This document shows positions 59,002 to 64,000 of a stretch of DNA of 64,000 bases, one piece after another. Within the stretch, counting starts at the first letter, position 1; every line of letters begins with the position of its first letter. The position numbers and the translations under genes are program-made. The notes below the pieces were generated by a model. The model saw only the letters and a list, made by a program, of their open reading frames with translations. It was not told where the DNA came from and made no database searches. Source of the stretch: Podarcis erhardii (Eukaryota); NCBI GenBank assembly GCA_964252035.1, contig OZ176203.1. One strand, written 5' to 3'.

Positions 59002-62000
59002 TAGTTTTGAAAGTAGTTTTCTGGGCTCAAGTAGAGGACAGGTTTTTCAGTCCACTTACCTTCTCCCTGCCCAGAGACACTGCCAGTGGTTCAAGTCATC
59101 GGCAAACACCACTTTCTATAACAAATAAGTTGCAACAGCATAATAGTGGCACTGAATGTGAACTATCCCAAATTCCAAAGTGAGAAAATCACACTAGGTA
59201 CAATATTCACGTGAAACATAGAATTTTTATTATTATTATTCAGTGATAAAAATATTTGTATACTGCTGAGTCATTAAAAAAAACCCACACCACCAAAGCG
59301 GTTTACAGAAATAAAAGCAGAAAACCATGCAATAAAACCATTAAAAGGGTAAAAACAGACATCAATTCACCAGGATCATTCCCTATTTGAAAATCCTAAA
59401 TCGTAGCATCATCCCAGAATTCATCAAGAGCTGGATTGCCTTTTGCAAGCTTCTTGCCAGCTCCAGGAAAGGATGGCCTCGCAAAGAGCTGTATGTGTTG
59501 CCAAGGTATCCACACCCCACAACCACCAAACCGAACTGGCACTCTGAGATCTGATTCCATTTTTGAAAGACAGGAGCAAGTTTGTAGTTCCTGTTGCAGA
59601 GCAAAGATTGAGAAGGGTCCAGCAAAGACAAGGACGCTAGAATGGACCAGAAAGAGCCTTCTCACTGGAGTAAAATCATGGGTGGGGAGGGCAAGGGGAC
59701 CCAAGGCCCAGTCAGCATTCTGGACCTCTGTGTTGTTTTGGGTTCTAAGCTCTGATTAGCACCAACCATGGTTTGGCATGGGGTCTGAATTGAATCACCT
59801 TTTCTGAGACACGGAACCAGGCAGTGTTAGAAACTGGGATGGAAAAGCTAGGAGCCAAATGGCTCCTGGGACCAGAGTTGTGGGCGCCAAAAGCAGAATG
59901 TCTAGATGCCACGGGGCGGGGGGGGGGGCAGTCAGCAACACTTTTAATTTATTATTTTGATAAGCATGAATTAATACGCAATTTGCGTAAGTGACACATT
60001 GTTAATACCGCATTTGAGCAGAAATGGTTAATGCATGTTTAATTTGGTATTGGCAATAAAAATTTTAGTACCATACTTCAGTTTTCAAAATACTCTACTC
60101 TTTATTATTAAGCTCCTTAACATATTGTCTATCCTTAACATGTACTTTGAGGCTCCAAAGCACATACATTTCAGTAATCCTTGAGTGTCAGCCAGGCGCA
60201 AAAAAAAAATGGCACCCAGACTTTTTGAGGTGCTTTTTGGCACCCTGCTAATTCTGTACCCTGGAACCAGACAGATCAGAGAGCAGGTGAGGCGGAGTCA
60301 TGGAAATTAGGGGTGAAGAGGCAGGACAAAGCTTTTAGCAGAGAATAAAGTGTGGCTTTGGGAGGTACAATATGATCACATCCTACACACATCTAACATG
60401 TACTATTTAAATGGTACGTGGTTGAAGACCAGCTGGCCGAAATCACACAAATCAAATGTAAGCGGATAGCTTAAAAGATCCTTTTGAACAGGATTTCCCC
60501 TGCATGGAGAGTGCTTTTAAACTGTCAGACTTGCATACTAGGCTCTTGAGATGCTCTTGCCATGATCTCAGACAACCCTGTGAGATTTCATGAGAGCATC
60601 CCAGAACCCAAAAGGCAAACCTGAGAGCTTTGAAGTTCTCTGCCTTGCTTGGAAGGTAAGGATGGGCATGCAGGGGTGCTTCGGGTATACACCTTTTTTG
60701 CGTATATGCACTGTCACCAGAGCGCAACCCCTGCGCAAGATGCAATTGCCACGAAAAGGGTGAAGCAGCAGGAATTGGCAGCGCCTGGTTGTGAAAGGAA
60801 GAGCCAAGGGAAGGATTGTTGCTCAGGAGTCTTCCCTCGGGCATCTCGTCTGGGTCAGGGAGACCCTGGAGTGCCCTTTCACCTTGAGGGCACCTTACCA
60901 GGGTCCTGCAGGGGCTGCTTTGCGCAGGTACACGCCTCGCGAGGGACGAAATCTCCCACCGCAGTGGGGGCTGACATGTTTGTTGATACCATGTCGATGT
61001 GGATTTATTCCGTAATATGTGTTTTGAATTATTGATCGCCTTCATGCCTAGACTTTTATGATAGACGTTGCATATAAATCCAATAAACAAAGAATATTGT
61101 GTTTCCCAGCAAATCTGCTCCTTGTCTTGAAGTCAAGGACGTTGCGTTGGGGGAAGACTGGGTTGATGGGCCTCGGCTCCATCGCTCGCCTGGTTCTCCA
61201 AAGCACTTTTGCACAGCAAATCCTTCAAGGCTTCCTTTTTTTCCCAGTGGAGGCAGCAGGGACAGTTCATTTTTCTTTGCAGTTTATGTTTTCCAAAAAC
61301 ACCCCACAAAAGTTATTTTAAGAGCAAACGGTATTCTGTAGCCCAACTGTCCCCAGTCTGGTGCCCCCCAGAGCTTTGGGCTGCAGCTGCCTTCAGGCCC
61401 AGCTAAACACAGCCATTGATAGGAGTTGTATTCTGAACACATCTGGAGGGCACCAGGTTGGCAGTCCAAAAAATGTCCTTTCTGTCATCTTACAAAAACG
61501 TGAGCATGATAACTAATAATTTTGTGTAGGGAGAGTTTGGAGGCCTTTATAGGGTTAAAAGACTCTGGAAGGAGGAAGTGAAAGCAGAACCTACAGGGTC
61601 CATCCCTGAGACTGACAGCTGTCACTGGTATGGGTACTTCAGGGAACCCTGTTTGTGAGCAGAGCATTAGAAGAGCCATTGGCCCATCCAGTCCAAAAGC
61701 AACTCTCCCCTCCTGTGGTTTCTAGCATCTGGCATTCAAAAGCATTGCTGCCTCCGACGGAGAGAGCCACAGGTCATGCCACTGTCATGCCACTCCCTCC
61801 AGCGCTGCCTGCCAGGGGGTGTGAGAAAGCCTGGACCCACGGAAGGGGAAACCATGCTGTGGCTGAAGACCAGCATCCTTGCCGACTCAGTTTCCAGGTG
61901 TCTGAAACCTGGAGGGGGGAGGAGCCACATAATATAGCCCAGAATGTCCCACGTAGCCAGTAGACACAGGAAAAGGTGGTGCTGTTGCAGTGGCTCTCGT

Positions 62001-62345
62001 GTTCCTGGGGTAGCTTGAGAATGGAGCCTGTGCTGTGTTTGTTTTTGTTTCTTTAAGTATATATTAGCCCAGCTGGTAGAAGACTCTCAATCTCAGGATT
62101 GTGGGTTCGAGCCCCTTGTCGGGCACAAAGTTTCCTGCATTGCAGGGGGTTGGACTAGATGATCCAGGTGGTCCCTTCCAACTCCACAGTTCCATGATCT
62201 CACTTGTAACACAGACGCTGCAAACGGGTCTTGGTTTTGTTGTCGCACAACTTCCCGAGAGCTTTTTTCATGGTCTCTTCTTGATGTTCTTATCAAGGCG
62301 TTTCTCCCTCAACACTCCCTCTTTTCTCTGCCACTTCTTGAACAG

Positions 62346-62401
62346 GCAAAACTGAACTGGCCAAGCAGACTGCCAAGTACCTGCACAAAGATGTCAAGAA
62401 G
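62346..62401 (+). CDS. CLPB: CLPB coding exon 9 (rest of Walker A, GKT)
   Basis: Acceptor aacAG; 56 nt encoding (G)KTELAKQTAKYLHKDVKK. Donor GTAAGG. Phase 1 to 0. Completes GSSGIGKT. Confidence 0.97.
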
Positions 62402-63689
62402 GTAAGGCCTCTGCTCTCGGTTCCCCCAGCGGAACAGCCTTGTTTCCCCAGGCGTCAGTGGGTGGAGCGGCCAGGGACCCTGGAGGCATCGACCAAGAGG
62501 GTTCCCATTTCACAATTTCCTCCCTGGAGCTGCTCTGACCTGATCCAGAAGAATTGCCCTGGCCACAACTGTGGCTTCTGTGGGAGCGAGTCACCACTTT
62601 AAAATGTTGCAGGTTTTGGAGTTATGCGGGATGCCGCTCTGTGCGCAGGTTTCCAGGGCGAAACCACCGTCCCTTTTCCAGTTACGTTTTTGTCCTCGCT
62701 GCCGTTGTTACTGGCTCCACATCAAACACCACAACAGCCAAGGACAAACAGGCCGTGCTAATTCAATGGCATGCTCAGAACAAGCGGTTCATTAAAGCCT
62801 AATCAGTTTGTTTGTTGGTTATTTAGTTAATTAATGCATCAAAGAGGGCGTCACAAAACGTGGAGAGAATTATTGGGGAAGGACAGGAGGAGAGGGCGGC
62901 TTATAACAGCAGCTGGCGGGTTAAGGGAGATGTTATTACCGAGATCTTGATTTTTTGCCAGCTGAAACCCTGCCTCATCCTCTGGGTGTGCAGCAAAAAC
63001 CTCGCCGGTTTTTAAACAAAGGACAATATATTCTGATTGTGGTTTCTGCATCATTGGTTACCTTTTACAGCCCGGCCGTCTTGGGTACATTTGAATGCAG
63101 GAATGCAAGAAAAGTTGGGCGTGATTTGGGTGAAAATTCTGGCCGCTGTGTTTTGGAGAAAGCCCAGGGATGCTCATTAACTTGGGAGTAGAGCATTTGC
63201 TTTGCGGGACGAAGGTCCCAGGCTTGGTCCTCTATGACCACCTCCAGGTAGAGCTTAGTGTGTGCCTTGCCTGAATCCCTGGGGAGTTTCTTGGATGTCT
63301 TCAAGCTCTGCTCAGTCAGTGCAAAGGGAGCATATGCAGTCCAGCATCCCTATTAACCAGTAACTAAATAAAACAAGCTATACCACTGGTCTTTCTCCCC
63401 CTGCATAGTCTACTGGCAGCCACTCTCCAGGGTTTGAAACTGAGCCGTTCCCAGCCCTACCTGGAGATGAACCTGGGCCCTTCTGCAGTCAGAGCAGATG
63501 CTCTGCCACTTCTTCTCCTAACAGCTTTTGTGACTACAGATCAATATGCAAAGTGGGGACACGACACACAGGTCTCTGCAGAGCCTGGCATTGCAACAGG
63601 CATGCTCTGTCAGGGATCCAGGATTGACTGCAGCTGCCTGTCATCAGCACCAATAAATGAGTCCCTTTTTGTTTCCTTTGTGCCACCAG

Positions 63690-63734
63690 GGTTTCATCAG
63701 GCTGGACATGTCTGAGTTTCAGGAAAGACACGAG
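63690..63734 (+). CDS. CLPB: CLPB coding exon 10 (AAA+ domain); gene continues beyond the window
   Basis: Acceptor ccaccAG; 45 nt encoding GFIRLDMSEFQERHE, the ClpB/Hsp104-type RxDMSEF motif. Donor GTTAGT. Phase 0 to 0. Confidence 0.97.
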
Positions 63735-64000
63735 GTTAGTAAGAGAGATGCACACCCTCAGCAAAACCATCACTGTTTGAAGCTCCCAGAATCGCACCTG
63801 GCGACACTTGGCATTCTCACCTTTGCTGATACCCTCCTCTTGGTGGCAAACTCCACATACTCACCCTTGCTCCTCCAGCCTCACCTGAAAAAAGAAAACT
63901 TAACATTTCTATGGTGTGCCCTATAGAACACCATCTCCCATACATTCCTTCCTGTCTCCTGAGAAGAGGGAGGTAGCTGTATTCTGTGTTCCTTGTTTCT

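Noticed and set aside
60452-61090. 212-aa minus-strand ORF and other 100-170 aa intronic ORFs (for example 8885-9427, 27644-28120, 37925-38440, 40343-40831)
   Set aside because: No domain-like sequence. Many start at non-ATG codons or run through repeats, which is consistent with chance open frames.

Overview
Squamate (most likely lacertid lizard) genomic DNA. The window holds the CpG-island promoter and the first 10 coding exons of CLPB/Skd3, the mitochondrial ankyrin-repeat AAA+ disaggregase, on the + strand. Coding segments are 4667-5315, 7876-7927, 17871-17957, 25454-25557, 29588-29716, 40778-40875, 47598-47712, 58772-58849, 62346-62401 and 63690-63734. All introns are GT-AG and the phases join into one 1413-nt frame (471 codons): presequence, PARL site, ankyrin repeats, Walker A GSSGIGKT and the start of the pore-loop region. 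The gene continues past the window end. The introns are packed with transposable elements: CR1, L2, L1, BovB, other RTE, Rex1/Babar, Penelope-like, Sauria and other tRNA SINEs, hAT and Tigger-type MITEs, and one internally deleted DD34E Tc1. There is a 135-N gap at 33211-33345. I found no clearly new biological system. The best leads are (i) several non-repeat, CpG-retaining, homeodomain-motif-rich intronic islands that may be enhancers for the expected downstream neighbour PHOX2A, (ii) an unusually long, acidic CLPB presequence, (iii) Tigger-type MITEs repeatedly joined end-to-end at a shared TA, and (iv) a MITE carrying an NRF1+CRE+ETS motif cluster. Comparisons with human CLPB and TE family names come from memory and need alignment to confirm.
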